Assembly (NCBI RefSeq): GCF_006345805.1
Contig: NC_043005.1
Coordinates: forward strand, 99,820,001 to 99,884,000
DNA length: 64,000 bases
DNA from: Octopus sinensis
Taxonomy: Eukaryota
Reading direction: 5' to 3'
A program made the translations under genes and the position numbers. Within the stretch, counting starts at the first letter, position 1; each line of letters starts with the position of its first letter. Below are positions 1 to 13,308 of this stretch, piece after piece. The notes under the pieces were generated by a model that was not told the origin of the DNA, did not search any database, and saw only the letters and a list, made by a program, of their open reading frames with translations.

Positions 1-188
1 CACCTTGGGCAAGTGTCTTCTACTATAGCCTTGAGCTGACAAAAGCCTTGTGAGTGGATTTGGTAGATAAAAATTGAAAGAAGCTTGTTTTATATATATA
101 TATATATATATATTAGAGAAAATGAGATAGCAAAGCCAAGGCTGTGAGTAGTTTTTAGGACATTTATAAGGAAAAAGATATGGATATA

Positions 189-227
189 GTCTTACAGCTG
201 TTTCTGAGATATCCCTTCATCAGAAAC
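189..227 (-). ncRNA. Minimal type-I hammerhead ribozyme motif (Penelope type)
   Basis: GUUU-CUGAUGA-AGGGAUAUCUCA-GAA-ACAGCUGU-A-AGAC: stem I GUUU/AGAC, palindromic helix III, GUA site. Confidence 0.65.
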
Positions 228-353
228 GATGTGAGATGGTTAAATAGAGGTAAATATTTGAGTGTGAAATAAGAAGAGTTAAACATGGTCTGTCTATAAC
301 ACTTACTTAGCCTAACCTGCCACTCTTGGTTCTGTTAGATACCGATACCTCTC

Positions 354-402
<49 letters not shown>

Positions 403-409
<7 letters not shown>

Positions 410-575
410 CAAAATAAGCAACAGGATATCAAATAGTCATGCAGTACAGCTGTTTCAAGCAGCTCCATTTAATTGAACAATGCTATCATTACATTAATTT
501 AAAAGCAATTCAATTAAATGGAGCCGCTTGAAACGCTCGTACTGCATCACTACTTGATGTTTATTTTGATTTTAT
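403..575. repeat. Fold-back palindromic element
   Basis: AAAATCAAAATAA...GCTCCATTTAATTGAA on the left and TTCAATTAAATGGAGC...TTATTTTGATTTT on the right, 19-nt AT loop. Confidence 0.9.
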
Positions 576-689
576 TCACCTTACTCCAAGCTGTGCGGAT
601 AATACCGAACTGACTTGGTGCTTCAACTTAAGTACCTAATTCAACTGAATCTCAATTATATATGTATATGTATGTATGTATGTCAATGT

Positions 690-915
690 GTATGCGTCTT
701 TATGTCTGTGTTTGTTTCCACCCCACTTGACAATCTGTGTTGGTGTGTTTGTGTCCCTGTAATTGGTCTCTTTTCTGCTGAAAAGATACCAATAAAATAA
801 GTACCAGGCTTTAAAAAATAAGTCCAGGGGTTGATTCATTCAACTAAAAAGTCAAGTCAGTGCCCCAGCATGGCCTCAGTCTATTGACTGAAATGAGTAA
901 AAGAATAAAAGAACA
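690..915 (+). mobile_element. SINE family A (CORE-like body, CR1-type tail), 3' half
   Basis: GTGCCCCAGCATGGCCTCAGTC...GACTGAAA tail. A further 5' piece lies at 1-90. Confidence 0.75.
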
Positions 916-981
916 ATAATGATATCAATATAGATCCATATCCTGTCTGTATTACTCCTAGCTCTGATCGATTAATCAGAA

Positions 982-1580
982 AGGCAGTGAGCTGGCAAGA
1001 TCGTTAGCATGACAGGTGAAATGTTGAGTGGCATTTTGTCTGCCGCTACGTTCTGAGTTCAAATTCCACCGAGGTCGACTTTGCCTTTCATCCTTTCGGG
1101 GTCGATAAATTAAGGACCAGTTACGCACTGGGGTCGATATAATTGTTTGTCCTCTCTGTGTTTAGCCCCATGTGTGTAGTAAAGAAATAGGTATTTTGTC
1201 TGCCACTATGTTCTGAGTTCAAATTCCACCGAGGTCAACTTTGCCTTTCATCCTTTTGGAGTTGATAAATTAAGTACCAGTTACACACTGGAGTCGATCT
1301 AATCAACTGGCTTCCTCTCCCAAAATTTCGGGTCTTGTGTTTAGATTAGAAAAGATTATATAAGGCAATGGGCTGGCAGGATCTTTAGCACGCAAGGCAA
1401 AATGCTTAGCGGTATTTTGTCTGCTGCCATGTTCTGAGTTCAAATTCCACTGAGGTCAACTTCGCCTTTCATCCTTTCGAGATCAATAAATTAAGGGCCA
1501 GTTAAGTATTGGGCTCTATGTAATCGACTTGCCCCTTCCTCTGCAAAATTTCAGGGCTTGTGCCTATAGTAGAAAAGATC
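982..1580 (+). mobile_element. Three adjacent copies or partial copies of SINE family B
   Basis: Repeated TTCTGAGTTCAAATTCCAC...TTTGCCTTTCATCCTTT...AAATTAAG at about 1050, 1210 and 1430. Confidence 0.85.
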
Positions 1581-1812
1581 GATTAATCTGAGAGGAAGGT
1601 GGCTAGGACAAATGTAATTATGTTTTAATATATTATTCAGTACATTGTAGATAGAAATGTTAAGGTAGGCGGGTTGGGGCTATATACTTCCCAGGGGTGG
1701 CTTAACTTACCTCCTTTCCCTGCCTCACTCTATGCAGCTATGAAGAGAGCAGTAAGAGGATATAGATTTCAACTCTCTTTTTGGAAATGTGCAATTTCCA
1801 AACACACACACT

Positions 1813-1856
<44 letters not shown>

Positions 1857-2596
1857 ATATATAAATGTTATATATATATAAATGTTATATAAATGTTATA
1901 TATATTTATACATACATACATATATACATACATACATACATAGACACATGCATGCATTTATGTGTGATGGAATGTTATGATGGTGAAGACAATAATATAT
2001 TAAAAAAATATAAATACACTCACATCTGTATATATATATGTGTGTGTGTGTGCATACACACACACACACACACACTCATACACATATATACAGACATACA
2101 TATATATACATGCATATACATATGTATACATGCATACATATATACATACATATTTACATACACACACACACACACATATATATATGCATGTATAGATGCA
2201 TGCATACACACACACACACACATGATTATGCTAATATGTGTGAATTTCTGACTTGAGTAAGCCATCCCAACTGTCTCTAGTCATGATATGAAATAATGAT
2301 GAACAGATCACCATTGACTCATTCTTCATTCCACTTTCCACTTTGGATTATTTCTGGATTTTAGCTGCTCAATATTTGAATGCCAACTGTTTTCAGGTTT
2401 TCTACTATACCTCTCTTTCTCTAATTTTATCTCTTGTAACCACTACCACCACCATTACCAAATTACCATGACCACTACAACTACATAGTGTAGATGACTA
2501 GTCTCTTTAAAATATGGTTAATTCCACTGAACTATGTATATATGTGTGTGTGTGTTTGAATGTATGTATATATGTATGTGTGTATGTATATATATA

Positions 2597-2975
2597 ATCA
2601 TCATCATTATCATCCTCGTTTAACGTTCGTTTTCCATGCTAGCATGGGTTGGACGGTTTGACCAGAGTCTGGGATCCCAGGAGGCTGCACCAGGCTCCAG
2701 TCTGATCTGGCAGTGTTTCTACAGCTGGATACCCTTCCTAACGCCAACCACTCCGTGAGCGTAGTGGGTGCTTTTTACGTGCCAGGGGAGGCTGACAACG
2801 ACCATGATCAGTTGGTGCTTTTTACGTGCCACTGGCATAGAAAGCCTGTCAAGGCAGCGCTGGCATCGGCCACGTTCGGATGGTGCTTTTTACATGCCAC
2901 CGGCACAGGTATCACAACTACAATTTCCATTTGATATTTTGATGTTGATGTATTTGACTCAATAGGTCTCCTCAA
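2597..2975 (-). mobile_element. RTE 3'UTR-only insertion
   Basis: Matches the 3'UTR at 47665-48140. Confidence 0.85.
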
Positions 2976-3189
2976 GCATATATATATATATATATCAACA
3001 AAATAGGAGACAAATTGCTACTTTTTCTTGTAACTTCTGTCAGCATTTTAAACATCACATTTCAGTTCTTCTTGCATTACATTTAGTTCTGTGATTATGT
3101 CTGCCTGGTTTTATTCTTATTAGGCTTTTTGGTTTTTTTTTAACCATTCTATTTATATTTGCCATATTACAGTTGTGCTGTCCTCAACT

Positions 3190-3545
3190 GAGTTTATTGA
3201 AAGGCGGGTGAAAGTAGTGAAAACGCAAGAGTGGATGGTACCTTTCTCAGTCTAGACCTGTAAATTGGAGAGGGCACTTGTTCTTGGGATTTCAGGGAAA
3301 CCTTGGACAGAGGTCATCAAGTACCAGGGGGGGGGGCTATATCTTGATCATCCTCTCCGCCACCTTTCAAAGAATTCTTTTTTCACCTTTATATGCAATG
3401 CATATAATCTCCTCTTTTTCAATGTATTCTGTGTATACTTTCTTTCTTTCTTTTTTATCCTTTCATATATGTAACCCCACCCCACTCTACGTATGTCTTT
3501 GTATTGCCCCCCTCATCTTTCGCCCTTGTGGCAAATAAATGAAAT
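3190..3545 (+). mobile_element. Probable 3' end of an L1/Tx1-like LINE
   Basis: Trp-containing coding remnant, pyrimidine-rich 3'UTR and CTTGTGGCAAATAAA end. Similar GTGGCTAATAAA ends occur at about 26570 and 42420. Confidence 0.4.
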
Positions 3546-3552
3546 CATTATT

Positions 3553-3964
3553 CTCTTCTTACTCTTTTAGTTGTTTCAGTCATTTGACTGTGGCCATGCT
3601 GGAGCATCACCTTTAGTTGAGCAAATCGCCCCCAGGACTTGTACTTTGTAAGCCTACTACTTATTCAATCAGTCTCTTTTGCCAAACTGCTAAGTTACAA
3701 GGATGTAAGCACACCAGCATCGGTTGTCAAGTGATGTTGTGGGGACAAACGCAGACACACAAACATATACACCCAAATGCATATATATATACATATATAC
3801 GACGGGCTTCTTTCAGTTTCCATCTACCAAAGCCACTCACAAGGCTTTGGTCAGACCTAGGCTATAGTAGAAGACACTCGCCCAAGGTGCCACGCAGTAG
3901 GACTAAACCCAGATCCATGTGGTTGGTAAGCAAGCTACTTACCACACGGCCACTCCTACACCTA
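3553..3964 (-). mobile_element. SINE family A, full length
   Basis: tRNA-like head, CACCTTGGGC(A)AGTGTCTTCTACTATAGCC body, microsatellite middle, CAGCATGGCCACAGTCAAATGACTG tail. Confidence 0.9.
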
Positions 3965-3976
3965 TTATTATTGTTA

Positions 3977-4012
<36 letters not shown>

Positions 4013-4551
4013 GTGAGCTGGCAGAATTATTGAACTGTTGGTAAAAATGCCTTGCAGTATTTGTTTTTATAATCTACATTCAAATCCTGCTGGGGTCAAC
4101 TTAACCTTTTTATCCCTCCCGGGTCATTAAAAAGACTAGGTTGATTTAATTGATTACCCCTCAACTGTTAGCATGCCAAACAAATTGCTTAACAACATTT
4201 CTTCTGGTCTTACAGTCTGAGTTCAGCTTTGCCTTTTATCCGTTTGGTATGGTCATGCGCTGGGGTTGATGATATCAACTACTCCATTTCCTCAAAATTT
4301 CAGGCCTTGTACCAAAATCAGAAAGAATTAGCACTTGATCCAGAGCCATGTAAAAAGCACCTGTGCTGGTACCATGTGAAAAGCAGCCTGTAAATACATT
4401 CTGTAAAGCAGGTGATATTGGGAAGTGCATCCAGCAGCAGAAACCATGCCAAACCACACAAATGGAACCAGGTGCAGCTCTTCAGCTTGCCTGCTCCAGC
4501 CAAAGTATTCAACCTATGCCTGTATGGAAATCAGGCATTAAGTTACGATGA

Positions 4552-4585
<34 letters not shown>

Positions 4586-5073
4586 GGTGAGGAAATAGTG
4601 GTGAATTGACAGAATCATTAGAACGAGGCCAGCCTTACTCTTCGCACCTCTAGGGTCATTTAAGTCAAGTTTACTTTTGTGTAAGTTAGAATTAATTGTG
4701 ACTTTATTTGTTGCTGGTGTTGTTTAGCCCCAGGTCAAACCTGATCCTGTAAACCAACTACCAAAAGACATTCCAGCTATGGCCATTCCATCTTCTCCAT
4801 GTATGCAGTGAAGCCAACAACACAATATTCAATGCCTTCGCATGATTTTGAGGGAGACAGGACTACTGTTTCTAACAGATTGAGTAACACTGTAGAAGCT
4901 TTCTTGCTGGCTTATTTGTTGTCGTAGCAATAGCAACATTAGTAGCAGTGGTGGTGGTGGTGACAAAGGCAGTGATGAGGGTGGTAGCAATAGTATTTGT
5001 AGTAGTGGTGGCAGCAGCAGTAATAGCTCTATCTTTTATCTTTCAAATATATCTCAACTAATCTCACCTCTTT

Positions 5074-5115
<42 letters not shown>

Positions 5116-5536
5116 TCCATCTCTCACTGACACTTGTTTTGTTTGTCAAACTTCCCCCCTTCTCTCTCTTTCTATCTCTCCCGTCATCTCCCCCCCACCA
5201 CCATTTATCTATATCTTTCACCCTGTCTCTCTCTCTCTCTCTTTTTCTCTGTAATTTGTGTTTATTTCTTGATGGTCTTTTTGAAAAAAATTAGTCATGA
5301 GACATTTCTTATTTTAAGTAATTGACGATATATCAATGTATCAGTATAAATATATTGGATTGCACTACTGCACACACACACATAAATGCATACACACATA
5401 CATATACACACATGTGCATGCACATAGACACACATACATTGATATGTGCACACACAATCAAACACACACACATGCACTGGCCTAGAAGCACACATATACA
5501 CATATATCTGTTACTTTAGTGATTATATGCAATATG

Positions 5537-5850
5537 GAAATGCAACGGCCCAGTGGTTTAGGCAGTGGACTTGCAGTCGGAGGATCGTGGTTTCATTTCC
5601 CAGACCGGGTGTTGTGTGTGTTTATTGAGCGTAAACACCTAAAGTTCCATGAAGCTCTGTCAGGGGGTGGTGGCAATCCCTGTTGTACTCTTTCGCCCCA
5701 ACTTTCTCTCACTCTTTCTTCGTGTTTCTTGAGTAATGCTGCGATGGACTGGCGTCCCGACCAGCTGGGGGGAACACATACGCCACAGAAACCAGGAAAC
5801 CAGGCCCATGAGCCTGGCTAAGCTTGAAAAGGGTGCATGAATAAATAAAT
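5537..5850 (+). mobile_element. SINE family C (tRNA-like head, V-domain-like GCGATGGACTGGCGTCCC)
   Basis: Near-identical copies at about 60945-61250 and 62915-63220 on the minus strand. Confidence 0.85.
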
Positions 5851-5949
5851 GCCATCATTACTAGAGCTAAAGAGTGCTACATGTTGTAATGTAGGCATTC
5901 CTATAAACTTAGTGAAGAATGGTTTATTTATTTATTCTTTTATTTTTCT

Positions 5950-6170
5950 CATCTCTTTGTCATCTGACTGTGGCCATGCTGGAGCACCGCCTTTAGTCGA
6001 ACAAATTAACCCTAGGACTTATTTTTTGTAAGCCTACTACTTACTCTATCGGTTTCTTTTGCTGAACCGCTAAGTTAAGGGGATGTAAACAAACCAGCAC
6101 TGATTGTCAAGCAATGGTGGGGGACAAACACAGACATACAAACATACACACACACACATATCTATCTATC

Positions 6171-6205
<35 letters not shown>

Positions 6206-6371
6206 GTATGACGGGCTTCTTTCAGTTTCCATCTACCAAATCCACTCACAAGGCTTTGGTCAGCCCGAAGCTATAGTAGAAGACACTTGCTCAAGGTGCC
6301 ATGCAGTGGGACTGAACCCAGAACCACATGGTTGGGAGGCAAGCTACTTACCACATAGCCACTCCTGTGCC
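5950..6371 (-). mobile_element. SINE family A, full length
   Basis: Collinear with 3553-3964. Confidence 0.9.
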
Positions 6372-6941
6372 CGGTTTGCAGACAATTATCAGGAAATGCC
6401 AGATAAAAATGTCGTTAGAGCAAGAAACATTGATTACATGTTATAATTCATATTCAAATTAACATTTGTGATAAGCACTTTGTAATATCAGTAAATAGAA
6501 GTGTTACTGTGTTTTTTAGTATCAAATTACAGTCGTTAGTATTCCGGGTTCAAATCTCACTGGTACTAACTTTCATCTTTATCAAATTAATTCTGATGGA
6601 ATAGATTCTGGATCAAAGGCATCCCAGATATAACCATCCTGCACTTGGGATAATATTATCAAATGTGTTGTTCATTTCAAACATAGTAGGATGTAAATTG
6701 AGGGAAATTTAGCTGCTACTTCTAGCAGGGTGAGTGACTAAATAGAAGCTAACTTACAGGATCATACAGTTAAATTAAGTACCAGTTACATAGTGGGTTG
6801 AATTTAATCTATGGTACACTACTTTGATATGAAGAGTCTTGTGTCTCCCAAAGGAAGGATTATTGATAGCTTCAAAGGATAACAATTTAGTTTCATATTC
6901 ATTGTAGAGAGTGTCTGGTGACTTTCAGTGTCCAGTAAGTA

Positions 6942-7452
6942 CCATAAATCCTCGAGTTAATCTGCATTTTTTCCCCAAAATTTAAAGCTCAAAATCCCTA
7001 GTGCGTACTATATACGAGGTTAAAAAGGAAAATTATTTTGTAAGTAATGTCCGAGTCTCTATTTGCTGTCCAGCAATGTTTATTCAGATGCATTTTGTGA
7101 TGTCAGGTGCGAAAATACCTTAAGCTAAGCCTGAAAGCAATGAAGTTAGAAAATAATCATCCATAACTTGCAGTAAACAACATTTATTAAACGTTATTAC
7201 TGTTATTTCTTTATTTTCTGCAAACAAAATGCACAAAAATGCTACACATTTGCATTATGTTATATATACAATAATAATAAAGGATGTTACCGTATACATT
7301 TTTACAAACCAAGGACGTTATATAGACATCCTTGATTCAAGTTATAGAAGGGGTGCGTATTATACACAAGGTTTAGGTTTTTCAGAAGTACAGCCCCCTA
7401 AAAATCCCCTGCGTATTATACTCATGGGTGGACTATACTGGAGGATTTACGG
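6942..7452. mobile_element. Non-autonomous Tc1/mariner-superfamily MITE (CCGTA-type termini, TA target duplication)
   Basis: TA-CCATAAATCCTCGAG at the left end and CTGGAGGATTTACGG-TA at the right end, plus subterminal TGCGTATTATAC repeats. Confidence 0.8.
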
Positions 7453-8484
7453 TAGTTGCGCACCTAATCACCTATATATAGAGTTGTCCTGATAGTTTCT
7501 AGGTCTCCCAGCAAAGCAAAGAAGTGGGGTCTCTGTAAACAAAACTACAGTATGCATAGATTATAAATGGGACTCCAGAGCTGTAAACCTTCCAGGCAAT
7601 GCTTGGGGGATACCTGCATTAAGGTGGCACCATCTACATGAACAGATTGTTTGGTCAATGGTTCCACACTGTATTGTCTACATGGAGTGAACAGACTGTT
7701 TAGTCAGTACTTTCACTCAATATTAACGAGAAGGGGTGAACATTTAATAGCCCATAAGCATTTGTATTCTGCTAGAATGATATATTCCAAGAATTAATGG
7801 GCTGTGTGTTTTGCCAGAACATAAAACTGAATTAGATATGATAGTAGTTAAATGTAAGTATCATCTAGGCCATCAAAAACACTTCAGGGTTAACATTTGG
7901 CTCTAGTTTGAGGTAGTGAAGCTGAAAATAAAAAATATTCTTCTCTCTAGAACACAGTCAAATTCTAACAAATTTCACAGATTGTCTTATATTGTTCCTG
8001 TCTGTGAAGAGAACCAAAACCTGTATAAATAGTCTAATGTGTTGCTCTAAGTATTTACTTAGTGGAATACTGAGGTGGATATGAACTCAAGTGGTCCAAC
8101 ATCCCCTTTCACTTGTCTATATACCGCTTTCTGGTTTCATTTAAAGTTCACTGCAAATATATTGTCGACTATATGGGCAGTAAATTTAATTCTACATGTC
8201 CCTATTCACTAAATACTTTACAGGCTTGGCAGATGTCATTGTCTTAGAATAACAACTGACCAAGAAACGACAGCATCAACATTAATTTAGTCAAATATTG
8301 CCCATGTCCTACTGAAAGAGTTCAATGGATTTCATCTCATGATCAATTTTTAGCCCACATGAAATGAATCACGGAAATAAATGCTGTGCTTCTCTGGAGG
8401 AAGCACTAAGTGGAGTGTTCATGGTTAGTAACAATGACATCTGATGTCTCATGTTCAAATCTACCTGCTGTGACTTGATGTAGA

Positions 8485-8652
8485 CAGACCGTGGCTAGTG
8501 ACAAAAATACAGATAAGGCATGTCTAGTGATACACACTGTGGAAACAAGTGGAAGACCCTGTCTAAAGATGGACGTTGTAGAGACAAGAGGCAGACCGTC
8601 TGTAGAGATACACACTATAGAGACAAGAAGCAGACTCTGCCGAGTGATGCAG
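8485..8652. repeat. Degenerate 39-bp tandem repeat, 4-5 units
   Basis: Units begin at about 8515, 8553, 8592 and 8631 and share (C/A)AGAC...GAT...GAGACAAG. Confidence 0.75.
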
Positions 8653-8881
8653 GTGAAACTAATTTTCCTGTCAATGGATAATTAATGACTGACTCTTCTA
8701 GATGTGTATAATATCTACAGTGCATGTGTTTTTTACTGTGTGTGTGAGTGTGTGTTTATATCTGCTATTACGCACAGCAACTGTTGCTTTGAAGTTTCAC
8801 AAATGACAGCTTTACATGTGTGTGTGTGGTGAGTTTTTATGTACACATAAAATACATACATGTCTGTGCATGCATGCATGT

Positions 8882-8921
<40 letters not shown>

Positions 8922-9019
8922 CATATACACACACATAATTGGTGATGTATAATGTTTTCTCCTCATTTTATCTCATGTTGCTGTTATTTCCTTTATATAA
9001 ACCCCCTGAAAATGTATCA

Positions 9020-9030
9020 CATACATACAT

Positions 9031-9089
<59 letters not shown>

Positions 9090-9142
9090 GTATATATATA
9101 TGTATGTATGTATGTATATATAAATATATATATATACATATA

Positions 9143-9175
<33 letters not shown>

Positions 9176-9289
9176 ATATAAATATATACATATACATACA
9201 TATACATATATATATATATATATTATATATATATATGTATATATATATATTATATATACATACATACATACATACATATATATATATAC

Positions 9290-9356
<67 letters not shown>
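9020..9356. repeat. Compound (TA)n/(TACA)n microsatellite
   Basis: Direct reading. Similar blocks at 1800-2225 and 10660-10980. Confidence 0.95.
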
Positions 9357-9362
<6 letters not shown>

Positions 9363-9743
9363 CTGTTCTGTGTGTGTTTCAGTATGCATATATATTCACA
9401 CACACATACATGCACAGTAAGTGGATATATATATCTCTCTGAACAAAGCCCGGGTCCCTGGGGGTGTCAGAAAGCAACAGACACACAGGATGAGATGAAA
9501 CCTTTCAAGTTGAAACAACATTGATTATTCACCCCCACAGCAACAACAATGTGAATAATAATAATAATAATAAATGACAACACGAAATTATGCAGAGTGT
9601 CTTTGGTAGAACCTTTTATAGATGAATATCAGATATTATAGAAATCCTTGGAAGTGCAGTGATTCTGAGGGAAATCTACTCTTTATAACCTAACACATAC
9701 ATAACTATACACACAAACATATATACAAGTTTGTGTGTATAGT

Positions 9744-9805
<62 letters not shown>

Positions 9806-10707
9806 ATGTATATAGCCACCAAGATCTACTTTCTATCATCTACCACACACAAGCGTGTACATGCATACGCATCTAACTCTGGCTCTATAATTTATTTACA
9901 TGCATATCATCAGACAGTCTATTTACACACTCATCTCTCATATGCACATATAACACGAATACAAACTCCTGATAGTCTTAGTATTCATACCAACATACAT
10001 ACAATACACACACACACACATATATGTATATATGTATGTATATGTGTATATATGTGACTATGTGTGTGAGTATATTTGTTATTTTTAAACAAGTATGTTG
10101 TTGACAGTGACTTCGAAGTATAGAGTAACCCATCTGATTAATGTGAAATTGGTTTTATTATAACTGAACATAAAAACAAGCATGAATATGCATACATACT
10201 TACATTATATGTGTGTGTATGTATATAGCGACATATGTATGTATGTATGTATGTATGTATAGATGGATGGATGTATGTGTATGTGTGTGTATGTATGTGT
10301 GATGTGTGTGTGTGTATGAGTGTGTGCCTCATGTACATTTATGCGTACCGAAAAATCTTGAACGATCATGAATAATGCAGTTAAAAAAGCAGCAAATATG
10401 ACAAAAGTGGAATAACCAATAACGATTTCTTTAATTACCAAAGCTCAACCATCACGACTGTTACTACTCCAAAATACCAAAAGAAAAAAAACAGAAAGAA
10501 AAAAAAGGGGGGGGGGAATAAATTTTAGGAACGAGAGAGAGTATCTAAGATTATGATATAAGAATACACTCAATACAAAATAAGAATACAATTAGGTCAG
10601 ATAATGACCCTGCTCTTGGGAATATTTGGGGAATAACAAATATTGAATTTCATGTTGAATGTATATATACAATATATATATATATATATATATAATATAT
10701 ATATATT

Positions 10708-10762
<55 letters not shown>

Positions 10763-10763
10763 C

Positions 10764-10866
<103 letters not shown>

Positions 10867-11263
10867 CATATATATATACACACATACATATATACACAAT
10901 ATATATATATATACACACATACATATATACACATACATATATATACAATATATATATATATACATATATGTGTGTATGTATAGTGGTGGCGATGGTGATG
11001 ACGATGATGATGATGGTAACAATAATAGCGAAAATAAGATGTTCCTTCATCTGCCTCAGTACAAACTATTGAGTCCAAATGACAATAACATAAGCAACAA
11101 AAACAACAACAATAATAATGAGGAGGGAGAGGAGGGGGACGGGGAGGAAGAGGACGAGAGGAAGAAGAATAACAACTACAACAATCACAATGAGAATGCT
11201 CTGCAATGAGTTGATAGATTTTTTCTCTGTGTGTTTGTATGTGTGTGAGTGTGTGTGTGTGTG

Positions 11264-11298
<35 letters not shown>

Positions 11299-11629
11299 AT
11301 GTATATGTATACTGGTTGTTGTAATGTTATCATTGGTTTTCTTGGCTGTTTTACCGTTTTAGTGAAACAAAATATAGACAAGTTAGCAAAAATACAAAAT
11401 GTAAGTCTGGTATAAAAATGAAAAAAAGACATATTTTTTCGAAGCAGTCCAAGATATTTGTGTAAACCAAATCTCTTCTCTCTTACAAAAACAAATAATA
11501 ATATATAAAAAAAATTAACGAAAAAACAAAACTCCCAAATAGTTTGGCTTTTTAAAGCACTTTTGTGACATTCTAGAAATATCCAACTATCCCTTAATTC
11601 AATTTACTTTTCATAAGAGCTAAGGGTCA

Positions 11630-11664
<35 letters not shown>

Positions 11665-12099
11665 ATACACGTATATACACACACATACACACACACATAT
11701 ACAGCCTCCACACACACATACACCCTCCATACACACATATACACAAATGTTTTTGTCTTTTCTTAAAGCCAAAGCAATGCAAGTTATAAGAAATAATGCA
11801 AGTCAATGGTTTGTACTTTTAACTTGTACTTCAGAATTTTAGGATTAGGACCCCTTCTTCAGGAAATCTCTGGGGAAATGATGTTGTGAACTGTCTTCTC
11901 TGTTCTGTATTGTGTGTGTGTATATATATATATTGATAAAAATGGTAAGGCAACAAAAGAATGAAAGAGACCTCGATATTATGTAAATAATAAGGTTGGA
12001 AGTGAGAACAGATGAAGCATGCCTAAATAACGATCACGACAACCTCCCTCTTCTTTTCAGGCACTGAATAACATCACTCCTCCCTAAGACTCACCCCAC

Positions 12100-13308
12100 A
12101 TTCCTTTCCCAGTTTTCAGAGTTGGCACAGTCAATGTAGACACACAGCAAGATAGGTCTGGTGAGATTGTAGAGATGCTTGAAAGGAGACATGTTGATGT
12201 ATGCTGCATACAAGAGGTAAGATGGAGAGGAGCTTCAGCTAGGGTCCTGACAGGCAGGGCATATAGGTATAAAATCTTCTGGCAAGGTAACATGGATGTC
12301 ACAGGAGAGAAATGTGTCCACATGGATGATGGTGCACTCACTTTTAATGATTCAGAAAAGAAAGAGGTTTGGAGAAGCCATTATAAAAGACTGCTGAATG
12401 TGGAGAATGAATGGGAGGAAGAGAGCTTGCAAATGTTGACTCAGTAGAGGGACCAGCTATCCGAATAGACAGCTCCCTAGTAGATAAAGCAATTAAGGGT
12501 TTGAAGCCAGGAAAAGCCCCCAGTCCATCAAGAATCACTGCTGAGATGCTTAAAATATCTGATGGTGTGGGCTATGGCCTAGCATTGTAAACCAGGTAGT
12601 TCATGAAGGAGTCGTATCCAATGACTGGCGTAGCAGCACCATAGTCAACTACAAAGGGTAAAGGTGATGCTCTAGATAGAAACAATTACAGGGGTATCAA
12701 ACTGCTGGATCAGGTAATGAAGGTCACGGAGAAGGTCATAGCACATCTCATTAGGGAGAAAGTCTACTTAGATGAGATGCAGTTCAGTTTTGTGCTGGGT
12801 AGAAGCACCACTGATTCCATATTCCTGGTTCAACAACTGCAAGAGAAATACCTAGCTAAAGATAAACCCCTATACTTAGCTTTTGTGGAGTTGGAGAAAG
12901 CCTTTAACAGGGTCCCTCGATTCCTTATCTGGTGGGTGATGCGAAAACTGGGGATTGATGAATGGTTAATAACGGCTGTACAGGCCCTATACAGAGAGGC
13001 TGTTAGTAAGGTTAGGATTGGCAATGAGTATAGTGAAGAATTCCAGGTAGAAGTAGGTGTACACCAAGGCTCAGCACTCAGTCCCCTTTTATCCATTAAA
13101 ATCCACCAGGCAGTAACAGAGGAATTCAAGATGGGTTATCCCTGAGAGCTCCTCTATGCTGATGACCTGGCCCACATAGCAGAATCACTACTAGAACTAG
13201 AAAAGAAATTTCGGGTGTGGAAGCAAGGTTTAGAATAAAAAGGCCTGAGAGTCAATGTAGCAAAGACCTAAGTTCTAGTAAGTAGGAAGGCGAACACATC
13301 ACACACCC
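12100..13308 (+). mobile_element. Degraded, internally deleted RTE LINE (endonuclease start fused to RT)
   Basis: DVCCIQEVRWRG, then FVELEKAFNRV, GVHQGSALSP and LYADDL. Collinear with the 47.7-50.3 kb RTE, with stops and frameshifts. Confidence 0.9.

Noticed and set aside
3617-4033. Recurrent ORFs such as KPLTRLWS...EDTC (also 6114, 32819, 36269, 58839)
   Set aside because: They are open frames within SINE family A copies, not genes.
9430-9690. Possible R4/Dong-type LINE 3' remnants (LGSAVILR, (TAA)n)
   Set aside because: Too short and degenerate to classify without a search.
11815-11865. Minus-strand CTGAAGAAGGGGTCC possible hammerhead
   Set aside because: The second half of the core is too degenerate to support.
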